A stretch of DNA of 64,000 nt from a virus (Duplodnaviria > Caudoviricetes): IMG/VR virus record IMGVR_UViG_3300027798_000027, positions 23,578 to 87,577 of that record, one strand, 5' to 3'. Made by a program: the position numbers and the translations under genes. Within the stretch, counting starts at the first letter, position 1, and each line of letters starts with the position of its first letter. The notes under the pieces are model-generated. The model had not been told where the DNA came from and searched no databases. It saw nothing but the letters and a program-made list of their open reading frames with translations. Positions 43,657 through 55,300 of the stretch are shown in pieces.

Positions 43657-44199
43657 TTAAATGTTTTCTGCCCAAACAGGAATAAATCTTCCATCCTCTG
43701 TCTTTGTATATGTAAGTATACCGTCACCCATCCTGCGTGTCAACTCTTGGCTCGTAGGAGTCATGTTGTTTGTTATAAGTTTATCTTTTCTTGGTTGTCC
43801 TATATGTATAGTAGCCAGTATAGCACGAATTTCCCTTACCGTGCTTTCTGAATAATATGATCTAATTTGCCAACCTCTTTCACCATTTAATCTTGCACCA
43901 ATTGGTTTTGGTATCATTCCAGTTTTCATTAATTTTGGCATATATTTTCTGTGACGATTAATTAACTTAGCAGTCTCAGTAACAGTGTATGCACGTTCTC
44001 TGTTTTTTCTAAAATCAGAACGGAGGCAAGTCTCAAGTCTATCCTTAGTAATATTGTAAACAGAAACCATTCCAGTAGATCTTGAACTATGGTGTAGCCT
44101 TACAAGGTCCCCATTAAGGAACCATATTTTTTTATTTCCCTTTATTACAGTTTCGCTATTGTAGATTTCGCTCTGGATAATTCCTTTGCTAGTAACCAT
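43657..44199 (-). CDS. MerR-like HTH DNA-binding protein
   Basis: AYTVTETAKLINRHRKYM...GMIPKP...YYSESTV. Confidence 0.6.
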   Translation of the reverse strand: MVTSKGIIQSEIYNSETVIKGNKKIWFLNGDLVRLHHSSRSTGMVSVYNITKDRLETCLRSDFRKNRERAYTVTETAKLINRHRKYMPKLMKTGMIPKPIGARLNGERGWQIRSYYSESTVREIRAILATIHIGQPRKDKLITNNMTPTSQELTRRMGDGILTYTKTEDGRFIPVWAENI

Positions 44200-44336
44200 C
44201 TGCCTTCTTCGCTTTCTGCTGGGGGATGAAAAAATTTTCTAACTCCACAAACAAGACAATAGGTTTCCATATGTTGCATACTGCTATATTGTCTATCAAC
44301 AAAAGTTCTACCTTTACATTTTTTACAATAAATCAT
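44145..44336 (-). CDS. Small zinc-ribbon protein
   Basis: CKKCKG...CLVCG; start at MIYC. Confidence 0.7.
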   Translation of the reverse strand: MIYCKKCKGRTFVDRQYSSMQHMETYCLVCGVRKFFHPPAESEEGRWLLAKELSRAKSTIAKL

Positions 44337-44346
44337 TAATTTATCT

Positions 44347-44787
44347 TTAATTCGGAATACCAACAATGACTAGATGTACTGATAAAGATAGGTCACCAGA
44401 AGCACCAAACCTTACAACACCCTCTACTCTTGTTTCTGTAACGCTTTTTAAAACAATGTTTACGTTTTGTCCTGCTGGTGTTTGTCCAGTGTTTACTGGT
44501 GTTGCTGATACTATTGGTGGATATTTAAAGTCTTTAAAATCATAGGTGAATGTTCTTTCGTTACCCGCCGAAACGGTGGAGTTGTTTGCAACTTCAACCA
44601 AACCGCCCACTATTCTTGTGTTAGAGGTTTGCACCTCTGCCTTTCCTGCACTTGCTGTATCAATAATTGTTTTACTTGTTTGCTTAGAAGCAACATTTGT
44701 AGAAAGGTCGTTTACAGCCTCAATTAGTTGATACAAATATGTAACATCAAGAGGTTGCCCTCTTTCTGGTAGTGGTACTTTTGCCAT
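44347..44787 (-). CDS. Virion tail-tip/fibre-associated protein
   Basis: Last gene of the tail cassette; H-type-lectin-like C-terminus (FKYPPIVSATP...V.L.SVT...). Confidence 0.55.
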   Translation of the reverse strand: MAKVPLPERGQPLDVTYLYQLIEAVNDLSTNVASKQTSKTIIDTASAGKAEVQTSNTRIVGGLVEVANNSTVSAGNERTFTYDFKDFKYPPIVSATPVNTGQTPAGQNVNIVLKSVTETRVEGVVRFGASGDLSLSVHLVIVGIPN

Positions 44788-44804
44788 TTATTCCTCCTAT
44801 TTTA

Positions 44805-45230
44805 TTATACCAAAGAAACTAAGCCAGAGTTGTATATTTGAAAATTGGCATTTAGTGTTTTTTCAGATGATTCAACTTGAATAATTACACGTACATTTGT
44901 GGTTCCAGTTTTAATAAATTGATATGAATGAATGGACGTTGTGCCGTGGTAGGTTGCGGTAGCCCCATCAACTCCAACAAAAACATCATACTTTGGTCTA
45001 TTTAATTCATCTCCCCAGACTGCACTAATAACTGATGTTGAAACCTGTACGGCTCCAGCAACAGCAGTAATTGAATCATCTAGTACAAGATTTATTGGAG
45101 ACCATTGAGAAGTTCTGTTTTTATCTTCAGAAACAACTCTGTATCTAAAAACGTATCCAACTTTATCATGATCCAATGCAGGCAAAGATGCTTTTTTAAT
45201 TATAACTTTTTTAATTCCTGCATCAGCCAT
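44805..45230 (-). CDS. Minor tail protein
   Basis: Position in the tail cassette; beta-rich. Confidence 0.6.
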   Translation of the reverse strand: MADAGIKKVIIKKASLPALDHDKVGYVFRYRVVSEDKNRTSQWSPINLVLDDSITAVAGAVQVSTSVISAVWGDELNRPKYDVFVGVDGATATYHGTTSIHSYQFIKTGTTNVRVIIQVESSEKTLNANFQIYNSGLVSLV

Positions 45231-46390
45231 TATGAATTATTTCCACTAGAAAGATCTACTGAAAATCTAAACTCAACATAGTTATTAGTATTAGGACTCT
45301 TAACTACTGTTGTTGCACCCGAAGTTTGAATTATTGAATATCCTGTTAGTCCGTAGAGTGGATTTACTGTAGCAACATTTTCTAGTTTTAAAGCATCTAA
45401 GGCTACATAATAATTACCAGAAGGATTAACTCCATCAATAACGCATGCGTACACCTTAACTACAGAAACAGCATTCCAATCAAATCCAGATGTTCTGTAT
45501 AGTTGTTGAAGTTGTTTTGTTACAACAAAATATCTTTCTGTAGCAAAATCATATTGTCCGCCACTACTGTCATCAGCAACTTCTGCTTCAAGTCTTGCAA
45601 ATTGTGTTCCACTTGTATTTTCAAATGAAACTAAAACTCTTGCTCTTTCTGGTTGAGTGCCAGCCCCATAAGTTCCATCTCTGTTTACTATTGAGAATGC
45701 TAACCTTAATTGATCTGTTGGAGAATTTTTTGTAAAATCAACTGTTGTCCCACTTAATCTAATATAGTTTGATGACGCTCCTATTTCAAAAGTATCTTGT
45801 GTTGGACCGCTATCTGATTCAATATCAAGATCAGCCTCATTACCCTTTATCATAATTACATTATTTAAAAATCTTGGTCTTTCATATCTTGCAACTCTTG
45901 GTGATTTAAAAAATATTGGATTATCTGCGCTTGTTTGAAATACTGGATCTGCTATAGCAATAATGTTGTCAAAGTTTGGAGCATCTAGCGCACCAGATTC
46001 TGTATCAATTGCTACTGCAGATGCTGCCGTTACGTATTGCCAGTTTTCTGTTTGTGTAAACGCAAAAACTGTTTTACTATCATATGCTCCCGCAGATGGA
46101 TTAGATCCTGCAGAATATATTCCAATTTCAGATATTTCATATCTTTCTTCTGTTGGTAGTTCTGCTGTTAAAACAATTTTATCTACACCGTCTTCGTTTA
46201 CAAAACCCCTAGAAGATATTGGAACACGAAACATTTCAAAATCTAAATTTGTTTTTGTTGAATAATCGCCAATTTCATCGGCAGTATCTAGCGGGGTAGC
46301 ACCACAACCAATAGCAATATATGAGGCATAGGCAGGGGCCTGACCAAGTAAATACTTTGCAATAATAGTTTTACCAGTATTAGTTATCAT
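45230..46390 (-). CDS. Minor tail/baseplate protein
   Basis: MITNTGK..IAKYLLG...YIAIGCG N-terminus typical of tail-tip proteins. Confidence 0.65.
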   Translation of the reverse strand: MITNTGKTIIAKYLLGQAPAYASYIAIGCGATPLDTADEIGDYSTKTNLDFEMFRVPISSRGFVNEDGVDKIVLTAELPTEERYEISEIGIYSAGSNPSAGAYDSKTVFAFTQTENWQYVTAASAVAIDTESGALDAPNFDNIIAIADPVFQTSADNPIFFKSPRVARYERPRFLNNVIMIKGNEADLDIESDSGPTQDTFEIGASSNYIRLSGTTVDFTKNSPTDQLRLAFSIVNRDGTYGAGTQPERARVLVSFENTSGTQFARLEAEVADDSSGGQYDFATERYFVVTKQLQQLYRTSGFDWNAVSVVKVYACVIDGVNPSGNYYVALDALKLENVATVNPLYGLTGYSIIQTSGATTVVKSPNTNNYVEFRFSVDLSSGNNS

Positions 46391-47169
46391 GAGGCATAGT
46401 CTCCAAGATCTGCTTCATATATTGTACCACTTACGCTAATCTGTGTTTCTATTTGTTCATCAGGATTTATGTTAATAAATTCAATAATTAAGTCTCCCGT
46501 TGCGTTAAGGTATACGTTTTCTCCATTAGTGCCGTTGCCAGTTTCTGGAATTTTGTCTTCTAGTTTAATTGAAAATCCAGCAAAAAACTTGTCTGCGGTT
46601 TGTTGTAGGCTAAGGATATTGCTTGGATTATACCTTTGCTGAATGGCTGAAAGGTTTTTAATTGGTTGATATGATATTTTTTGTCCATTAACAATGTCAG
46701 ATCTTGTTATACTGATTAACTCTTGTCCACCAATATTTTCAAATATTTGATCAAACATTCCATCTATAGGAACTGACTCTTCATCAAATAATATAATATC
46801 TAAAGTTGCAGTTTTAACTGGTGGTGGTGGAGGCGCAGTTATTACTTGTAAGGTCGGAGTTGGCGGTGTTGCATATACAATACTTGTTATAAAACTTGTT
46901 GGCACTACGTTTGAAACTAAAACTTTTTCAGCACTTGCTGTTGGCTTATACCCAGTTTCTGTGCGGTCAGTTCCTAGTGGTATAGGACCAATGAATAACT
47001 GATTTGGTATTGCTGGTTGAAAAGCATCTGCAATTGCTTGAGAAGAACTGACTGACTTTTTAGGAACAGGGGGCACATATGGCTTATATGTAGATGTAAC
47101 TCTGTCTTCTCTTGTATTTGTATTTTGAACTACTTTAGATTTGCCACCGCCTGAATTTTCACTTGCCAT
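46387..47169 (-). CDS. Minor tail protein with Pro/Ser/Thr-rich N-terminal half
   Basis: Position; low-complexity segment ending in APPPPP. Confidence 0.6.
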   Translation of the reverse strand: MASENSGGGKSKVVQNTNTREDRVTSTYKPYVPPVPKKSVSSSQAIADAFQPAIPNQLFIGPIPLGTDRTETGYKPTASAEKVLVSNVVPTSFITSIVYATPPTPTLQVITAPPPPPVKTATLDIILFDEESVPIDGMFDQIFENIGGQELISITRSDIVNGQKISYQPIKNLSAIQQRYNPSNILSLQQTADKFFAGFSIKLEDKIPETGNGTNGENVYLNATGDLIIEFININPDEQIETQISVSGTIYEADLGDYAS

Positions 47170-47170
47170 C

Positions 47171-50100
47171 TTACACCTCCGCCAAATAAAGAGTCATGTC
47201 TGGACCATCTATTTTTCTTGTATACTCAATATTATAAACTATAAATCTAGAATTAGGCGAAGTAACTAAATCTAAATTATTAGAATCTTTATAGTTAATC
47301 GTTACTATATCTCCAAGTTGAATTGTTGGAGTTGCAAATATTTTTAAACCAACTGATTTTTTAGGAACCATAAGTTTATCTATCATCCAACCCATTAAGT
47401 TTTCTGCATCATCTTGTGTCTGTATATATGGGGTATCTAAGGTAAATTCGTTGTTTCCATAAATCATTCTGCTTCTTTTAATTTCATCAAACCTTTGTTT
47501 TTCAACTTGAGGAGAAACAATCTGAGAAGATCCAGTCAATAATGGGTTAGAAAAATTGCTACGTTTTTTAAAGTATTCATCAACTGTTAACTCATGGGTA
47601 GTGTCTTGTGTAAATGTAACGCCTTGAATTCTTAAATAGTTCCCGCTTGTTTCGTCAAGATTTAAGGCTGTGTCTGTAGCATTAAATATTAAAAACTCAG
47701 CACCGTATGAGTCTGCATAAAAGCCAGATGAAACATAGCCTTTAATATTATTAAATGTTGGTGATAATTTAGCGTAAAGTGCGGGGTAGGCACGATCATA
47801 CTTAACATCAAAATAAGCACACTCTCTCATTATTGACCCAAACTCATCAAAATATAAATTGTATTTAGGTGGTTGTTGAGCACTAATTCCAGATAGGTAA
47901 GTTGCTTGAACCATACCGCTCATTGCATATTTCCTTAAAGATTCACTAGCACTTATTTCATTATCCCCAAAAGCGGACGAGAGTGTTTCTCCAACTGTAA
48001 AAACGCTATTTTGAGAATAGTTCTGTGACAAAGCATAAATGTTTTCAAACATAATTCTAGATGAGCCACGAACAAATGGGGCCATGTTGTTATATATTGG
48101 TAGTGGATCTGTGTCATCCACAACTTTAATTAATTGATTGTTAATGTATAAATAAAATCTTCTTATTTTTCCTATGTCTTGATACTCTACGGCTAAATCA
48201 TATACCGTCGGATTTTCTTCACCAGCCATTCTATACTGACCAGTAAACCTGCCATCGTCAACTATAATTTTTGCTAGGCCGCCATAAAGTTTTACAGGAA
48301 TTGCATTACTATTAGAAGCATCTTTTTTAATTTTGTAAAAAACAACATTATTAATAGAAATGTTTGATTGATTATTTTTATCTAATTTTAAGTATGACTC
48401 TATATTATCTTCTGTTAATGCAGCAATTTCAAAATAATATCCATTATTAGTGGTCGGATTAAGTAATACTGCAAGACCACCTGAGCCACCACCAATACTT
48501 ACGTTCTGATCTGGTTGAACTCCAGCAACCTGATAATATGTTGTGCTTCCATTTGGTGTTTGACTACGACGTTCATTATTTTCAATCTTGCCAATAATAC
48601 GCATTCTTGTTCCAAAATGTTTATAAGAATTATCTAATTCTTTATAGACATAAGAGACTAAGTCAATCGGGGTTTCGGTTGTTTCAAAAGTTGGACCATT
48701 CATTACTAATGCTGATGATTGAATTGTTCCAGTTTTAGGAGATATGGTTGAGTTAACTGGAGTCTCCGTTGTATAACTTGAAGACATAAAGTTTTTAATT
48801 GTTCCGCCTCTTGATGTTTGTTGGGCTTTAGAGTTACTAACTCCTGCTGCCCCAATTGTAGTTGCTGGCAAAGAAATATCTTCAAGCAAGGTGGTTGTAA
48901 ATAAATATTGAGTTTCCATGTCACAGCCTCTAACATAAGTATTATCTGACCAATAGGTATCTATTCCAGCCGTATGACTTGTTATTGTTGTTCCAAATTG
49001 AGCACGACCATGCTCATAAACTGCACCATTTTGTAAACGAGTAACACCCTCAACTTCTTCATAAAAGGGAACTGTGTAAATTCTTACTAGGCCAGTTGGA
49101 TATATTTTTCCGTTAAATGGCAAGGATCTAAAAAAGTTTTGATATTCTTGATTATTAGTAATCCACACATTGCTGCTACCCTGTCTATAAGAAACTCTCC
49201 ATGCTTGAATTTCTTCACCTTTTTGTGCTTCTGTAATTTCTCCATTTGCAACTCTTTTATCTAAATTATCAATAACGCTTGATGGCGCCAATCTTCCAGG
49301 CAAAACAATTTCGGGTTTAGATTCATTTAAATTTATACCGTCTGGCAATATTGGATACCAAATTGCAAGGGTAACATTAAATTGTGCAGCATCATATCTA
49401 ATAACTTCTCCATTAGAATAAAAATATCCTTGATATCTTGTAAGCCAATAAACGTTTTCTCCAAGATCAAAAACATTATTTACTATTTTACGACTAACTA
49501 CACTTGGTGGTGATATCGTAAGGTCAGAATTTAATGGCATTGCTCCTAAAATATATTTACCTTGTTTAGACGCAACCTCGTTAATTGTTTTAGTTGAATC
49601 TGTTCCAGACACTTCCCATAAAAGTGCTGGCTTATAAATCCAGGTTTTATCTATATCAATCATGCTTGCTTGACGAACAGATCCATATGATCTTTGAATA
49701 TATCTAGTTGTATAATTAATTTTTCCGTTATTATAAACTTTTTTGTCTTCAGATGCAATTGAAATGATATTTGGAAGCGTTCCAGATGATAAGTTTTCAA
49801 CAATACCACTAACAGATTGGTTATTAGATCCAGATAAAACCAGACTAGACGTTCTATCATCTATGTCTGGAAGCATGTAGTTTTTGCTCATTACAATAAA
49901 ATTATTATATTCATCAAAAAACATTGCTGTTTGTGTAGACACTGCAAGTTGATTTAATACTTCCGCTACCGTTTGATCTGGAGCAATAAAGAAATACGGA
50001 ATAATCGGATCTGGCTCATTTGTTGTTCTATAAAATGCGTAATTGCTAAATCCAATATAGTCAAGTATTAAACTAATTGCATAACTAAGTGATACTTCTG

Positions 50101-51679
50101 TTACCAACATTCTTGGCGCAGGCATAGATTCTAAAAAGAAATAAAAGTCTCTTAAAGATATCTCTAGTGTGCCAGCGGTAACATTTGCTTGTGGAAATCC
50201 GTCAGAGTAAAGTGTTTTAATTGGAACCCAATAGTCAAATCCACTCACATTTAATATTTTTTCATAAAAATTAAATTTAATATTTTTACGAATATAATCA
50301 CTAACTATGCTAGCAGTGTTGTTGTCATTAAATGCTTGATCGTCATCAAACAAAGATATACTTCCAGTTGAAGCAAGTAACTGTCCTACTGGTAAGGCAG
50401 ATGTTCCAAGATCAGAAAGAATTTTCTTAATACTATATTCTATTGTTTTATTAGATACGTCAACAACTAATCTTGGCGACATTTCAATTAAATCAAAAGT
50501 AGAGTCAAACTTATTCATTCTTTCTACTACAACTCTTAGCCCACGAATATTTTGAAACTCTCTATAAACGGTTTGTCCGTTTGTTGTTTCTTGAAATGAT
50601 AGTGGGTCTGTTAAATCTGTAACAAATGTTGTCTTATTGTCAATTTGCTCACTTCCCAATGTCCATCCATAAGCAGGAGTAAAGGTATCATATGTTTCAG
50701 TAGTGCTGTTCCAAATATGATAAGTTCCAACATCTCCTACGTCTGAGATAACTAAATATGCATATCCGTTTATTGACTCGTCTGGTAGTAGTGTAGATGA
50801 AGAAAGAGTTTCTGCAAATACGAAACTGTCTTTAAAATTATCTGGAATATTTTTTAATCTATATTGTAATTCAACATATCCATCGTGAGTAATAATTGGA
50901 GATCCATCATCACGAGTGTCATTTTCAGTAAATACATAAGAGTCTACCCAATTGTTTTCTTCAAGATGCTGAACTTTCCATCTTGTTGGAGTTGTTTTAT
51001 TTGCGTTACCAAAAAACGGATCTTCAAAGGTTCTAGAAATATCAGTAAAATCACCTAGATCTATATCTCCAACATTGGTTTGCATTTTTATAATAATTCG
51101 GTTTGCTGGTACATTTTCTTTATAAACTACAAATGGAGCAGCATCATCTATGTAGTAATTACCATTAACTATGGTTTTAGCAATACCTCTTTCAATACCG
51201 TCTTCAGTTCTAAAAGATGTAAAGTATTTAAATTGATCATAACGTGATGCCATATAATATCTTGGCCTTCTAGCAAGATCGCTGCCAGAGTTTGACAAAA
51301 ATTTACCCTTAAAAGCAACTGCCTTATTGATACCAGATCTTGGTCTAAATGGTTTTATACAATCTTCTAATGAGTATAAAAGTTTATTTTTTTCTTTTAT
51401 GGATGTAAAGGTTTGTGGTGTTCCATTATTTTCAAACCCTCCATCAATAACAACATCTGCATCTGTCGCTCCAGTATAGAATAATCCAGCATCTGCGTTA
51501 TCAAATGTGTTAGGTATTGTTAAGAATTGAGAACTTTGTTCCTGAGATCTGTATCTATAATTACCAAGTTTAAATATATTATCTGGCATATTCATATTCC
51601 ACTCAGCCAGAACTAGTGATTCTGTTTGTATTGTTGCAGATGTTTCAAAGTGGTTCTTTAGGTCGGTACTTTCAAACAT
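47171..51679 (-). CDS. Large tail-tip hub/central fibre protein (1502 aa)
   Basis: Second gene after the TMP; C-terminal PTIQLGDIV-type hub motif. Confidence 0.7.
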   Translation of the reverse strand: MFESTDLKNHFETSATIQTESLVLAEWNMNMPDNIFKLGNYRYRSQEQSSQFLTIPNTFDNADAGLFYTGATDADVVIDGGFENNGTPQTFTSIKEKNKLLYSLEDCIKPFRPRSGINKAVAFKGKFLSNSGSDLARRPRYYMASRYDQFKYFTSFRTEDGIERGIAKTIVNGNYYIDDAAPFVVYKENVPANRIIIKMQTNVGDIDLGDFTDISRTFEDPFFGNANKTTPTRWKVQHLEENNWVDSYVFTENDTRDDGSPIITHDGYVELQYRLKNIPDNFKDSFVFAETLSSSTLLPDESINGYAYLVISDVGDVGTYHIWNSTTETYDTFTPAYGWTLGSEQIDNKTTFVTDLTDPLSFQETTNGQTVYREFQNIRGLRVVVERMNKFDSTFDLIEMSPRLVVDVSNKTIEYSIKKILSDLGTSALPVGQLLASTGSISLFDDDQAFNDNNTASIVSDYIRKNIKFNFYEKILNVSGFDYWVPIKTLYSDGFPQANVTAGTLEISLRDFYFFLESMPAPRMLVTEVSLSYAISLILDYIGFSNYAFYRTTNEPDPIIPYFFIAPDQTVAEVLNQLAVSTQTAMFFDEYNNFIVMSKNYMLPDIDDRTSSLVLSGSNNQSVSGIVENLSSGTLPNIISIASEDKKVYNNGKINYTTRYIQRSYGSVRQASMIDIDKTWIYKPALLWEVSGTDSTKTINEVASKQGKYILGAMPLNSDLTISPPSVVSRKIVNNVFDLGENVYWLTRYQGYFYSNGEVIRYDAAQFNVTLAIWYPILPDGINLNESKPEIVLPGRLAPSSVIDNLDKRVANGEITEAQKGEEIQAWRVSYRQGSSNVWITNNQEYQNFFRSLPFNGKIYPTGLVRIYTVPFYEEVEGVTRLQNGAVYEHGRAQFGTTITSHTAGIDTYWSDNTYVRGCDMETQYLFTTTLLEDISLPATTIGAAGVSNSKAQQTSRGGTIKNFMSSSYTTETPVNSTISPKTGTIQSSALVMNGPTFETTETPIDLVSYVYKELDNSYKHFGTRMRIIGKIENNERRSQTPNGSTTYYQVAGVQPDQNVSIGGGSGGLAVLLNPTTNNGYYFEIAALTEDNIESYLKLDKNNQSNISINNVVFYKIKKDASNSNAIPVKLYGGLAKIIVDDGRFTGQYRMAGEENPTVYDLAVEYQDIGKIRRFYLYINNQLIKVVDDTDPLPIYNNMAPFVRGSSRIMFENIYALSQNYSQNSVFTVGETLSSAFGDNEISASESLRKYAMSGMVQATYLSGISAQQPPKYNLYFDEFGSIMRECAYFDVKYDRAYPALYAKLSPTFNNIKGYVSSGFYADSYGAEFLIFNATDTALNLDETSGNYLRIQGVTFTQDTTHELTVDEYFKKRSNFSNPLLTGSSQIVSPQVEKQRFDEIKRSRMIYGNNEFTLDTPYIQTQDDAENLMGWMIDKLMVPKKSVGLKIFATPTIQLGDIVTINYKDSNNLDLVTSPNSRFIVYNIEYTRKIDGPDMTLYLAEV

Positions 51680-52315
51680 TTAAACTTCTTCCAGGGTCAC
51701 CGATATGTTCCAAAGATCATGATTTGTTGCTCCACGCTTTACGACGGAATAATTAAAATCTGCAAAATAAACTTCAATGATTTGGTTGTATCTGTTCAAA
51801 CCAGTGTATTCATAGGTTTCGCCTTCTAGGTTTGTATATTTGTCATAAGCAAGGTACATAAAAAATGGACCTTGGTGTGTCTCATACCAATCAAGAAGTT
51901 CTACTCCACCTGCACCACCATCTGCTGTGTACTCTGTTGTAGATCCTTCACTTGGTGATACTCCTGTTGTTGAATTAAAGTTTGGTAATCCTGAATACCC
52001 TCGTGAAGGCAGCATGTTCCAAGATACAGACATTGTTAATTTATCTGCAATGTGGTATGAACGCATGCGACCATTAATAGTTCTTTGACGTTGCTCAATT
52101 CGCTGGGTATTAAATTGCATATCCCCTCTATTATGATCAGATAGGATAATAAACTGATCTAGTAGATCTGGATCTGTTTCTGTTGTGGAGGCTCCTACCT
52201 CTACTCCAATAGGCACGTATAGGCCATTAGAGAGGGTTCCAGCGTTGTTTGCCCATAAGATGCCCTGGGGTCTGGTATATCTGCGTCTACCCGTTAAATA
52301 AGCACTAGTAGCCAT
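51680..52315 (-). CDS. Distal tail protein-like
   Basis: Directly downstream of the TMP; ends WNISVTLEEV. Confidence 0.6.
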   Translation of the reverse strand: MATSAYLTGRRRYTRPQGILWANNAGTLSNGLYVPIGVEVGASTTETDPDLLDQFIILSDHNRGDMQFNTQRIEQRQRTINGRMRSYHIADKLTMSVSWNMLPSRGYSGLPNFNSTTGVSPSEGSTTEYTADGGAGGVELLDWYETHQGPFFMYLAYDKYTNLEGETYEYTGLNRYNQIIEVYFADFNYSVVKRGATNHDLWNISVTLEEV

Positions 52316-55300
52316 TATTGCCTCTGTCCCCTAATTCTTTGTGAATCAACATTTTTGATTTCCCTCATTACCGCATTGGCAATATCTTTAGCACTTCCAT
52401 TGGCACCATTAATACTGAATCCTAAATTATAATTATACACTGCTGTAGAGTTATCATTTGTAGATGTTGAAATGTTATTTACTGGAACTTGAGTCTGTCC
52501 ACTACCACTAAGCATTCCAGGGTATTTAGATTCGTTTAATCTTTCAAGTAATGGACCATACGCCCTTGATGCTGATTTATTCATTACAAACTCTCCAGGA
52601 GTTAACATTGCTGGAACGGTGTCAGATCCTGTTGCCCTACCACCAAAAGCCATGGCTTTAACTATTCCCATTCCGCCTTTGCCTTTAGATGATATTGGTC
52701 CACCAAACATTTTTCTTTGTGCTCCAGTAAATGGATCAATGTTTGGGTTTGCTCTAAAATAAGCATCGGCTTGAGCCTGTAGTCTGGCAGATGATGCTGC
52801 TAACCCTGCTGCTGGTCCTGCATCTATTCCCATTGATACTAATTCTTTTGTTAAATCTTTTTGAATCTTATCATATTTGGCAGGGTCTGTAATTAATGGT
52901 GCAGATGCTGCTCCAACTCCTGTTTTATTTTGCATAGTAAGTGTAGCCCTAAGCGCTCTTTCAAGTTCATTTGCTAAACTTGTAGCACTTGTAGCAGAGG
53001 CTGCGAGTTGTGCAGCATAAGCATCTAATGGACCTTTGCTTAATTCAAGAAGTGTTTTTGTTGTATCAATTTCTAACTTAGTTTTACCAGCATAAGTTGC
53101 AGACTCTTTTTCTTTTTCAACTGTAGAGTTTAGTACTTTAAGTTTACGGTTAGTTGCATCAATGTTGCTTTCAATTTGATTTTTTTGTTCTTGAAGAGTT
53201 AATAATTGTTCTCTTTCAATTTTTGCTACTTCTGACTGAAGTGCTTTATTTCTTTTTTCAATTTCAATTCTGCCAAGTGTTCCAATATTTTCATCACGAA
53301 CACGAGTTAAAATATCTCTTTGTCCAGTTAAAGCAGATTGTGCACGTTCCGCTCTTGCTTCTTGTACAGCCTGTGCAGCAGCAGATATGTCTCCACGAGT
53401 AAGAGCATCAGCAATTGACATTCTTTGTTTTTGAATGTTTGCAATATTTTGATTGGCCTTTTCAATTTTATCAAGCGCTTCTATTTGTTTGTTATATTTT
53501 TCATTAATTGCGTCTTCTTGTAATGCTATTTGTTGAAGGACGTAGTTATTTCCTTCAATTACCTTTTGTATTGGTTCAATTTGATTTTGTGTAATTTTTT
53601 GAATTTGATCATTTACACCCTGCAAAAGTCCTTCTTGTTTTTCTATTTCATCATTAAATGCTTTAATTTGAGGAGCAGTGCGTAAATCAATAAGGGTCTC
53701 ATTGAGGGCTATAAATTTTTGTAAATTGTCTAAACGTGCAATTCCTGCATCTCGTGGATCGGCGACAGTCTCTTCATTTATTTTACTTTGCAGTTTAAAT
53801 TCTTCAACTAATTTAAGATATTTTTTAAGTGCATCTGCTCTTTGTTTTGTTGTTTTAAGATTTTTAGTTGCAAGAATTTCTGCCACAATTTCAGCATCAT
53901 TGGTTAATTCTAATGCAGTTTTAAAATCAACTTGTTTACTGACCAAAAGCGTAAATGCTGCAGTCTGATCTTTAAGTGCTTGAATTTTTGCTGCTAATCC
54001 TTTTAGTTCTACCTTGCCAGTTTGAGTTGCAGCGGCAGTGACTTTATTTTGATTATTTATATCTTTTTCTGTTTGTTCAAGCATTTTTCTTATTTTGGCT
54101 CTTGCTGATTCTTGCTCATAGACGCTACCGTTTATTGTAGTTAACAATAACTCTTCTGCAATTGCAACTCCAAGAATAGCAGCCCGAACTAGTAGCAACC
54201 TTGTTTCATAATCTTTTACTCCAGCGGTAGCCTTGGCATATTCTGGATTTATAGCAATTAAAGTTTTTTGTAATAATAAATTTGCATATGCAACATCTTC
54301 TGTTGGCTTAAGAATTTTTAAAATTGTGTCTGTATATTCAGAACCCTTCATTGATCCTGCTTTAAATTGTCCAGTAACTCCAGCAAGAACATTGCTTAAC
54401 TCTTGAGAACCTAACTTTAATTGTTTTTGTTGATCATTTGTTAGTTTAAGTTCTTCTGGACCAAAGCCAGAGAATATTCCAAGATAAGTCTTTCTTCCTT
54501 TTTCTACTCCTTTTTTAAATTCTGCGTTAAAGTTTTTTGTAATATCTTGGGCTAAGGCTATTGCCCCTGCTCTTCCTTCTTCTTTTGATAAATCTAACTG
54601 TGCAAATTCTAAAATAAGTTTAGACTTTTTAGCCTCTTCTAATAATGCTTTTATAATTATATCTACCTGTGCTTTTGCAAAACCCTGTCCACGTAAATCT
54701 AAGGCCAATGTTTGTAGCGCTAATAAGGCTTCTTGATTTGTTGCTTGAGATAAAGCCTTAATATCTTTTTCAAAGTTTTTTTGAAAATCTTCTGTTTTCT
54801 TTAATCCTTGAATTTGTGATCGCTCATTTGGTTTTGCCTGTATGCTAGAAAGAACAGCCCCAGTTCCAGACCTTGATGTAGGAGTAACTCCAAAAAATCC
54901 TCCAAGTGTTTCAAGTTTTTCTTTTGTAGTTGTTATTGCATTAGCCAAACCTTCAATAGCCATTCGCTCTTTTTCTCTTGCATTATTTATTATTTTAGTC
55001 GCAACAAAAAAAGCACTTAGGGCAACGGTCGCTAAACCAAAGCGAAGTTTAAATCTTGAAATAAGTGAAATTATTTTACTTCCAGTTAACAATTGAAGTA
55101 TTGATGATAAAGCAAAAAGTGGTCCAGTTATGTTAAATAGTATTTGAGAAAACTTACCTAAGTTTCCACCAGCCATAGAGGCTACACCTGATAAGGCAGA
55201 CAGTGCAAAGGTGCCACTCATAAATGCTTTGTTTAATGAGTTCATTCTCTGATTGGTAATTGCCATTTTTTGTTGTTGTTTTCTTACTGCATCTCTCATT

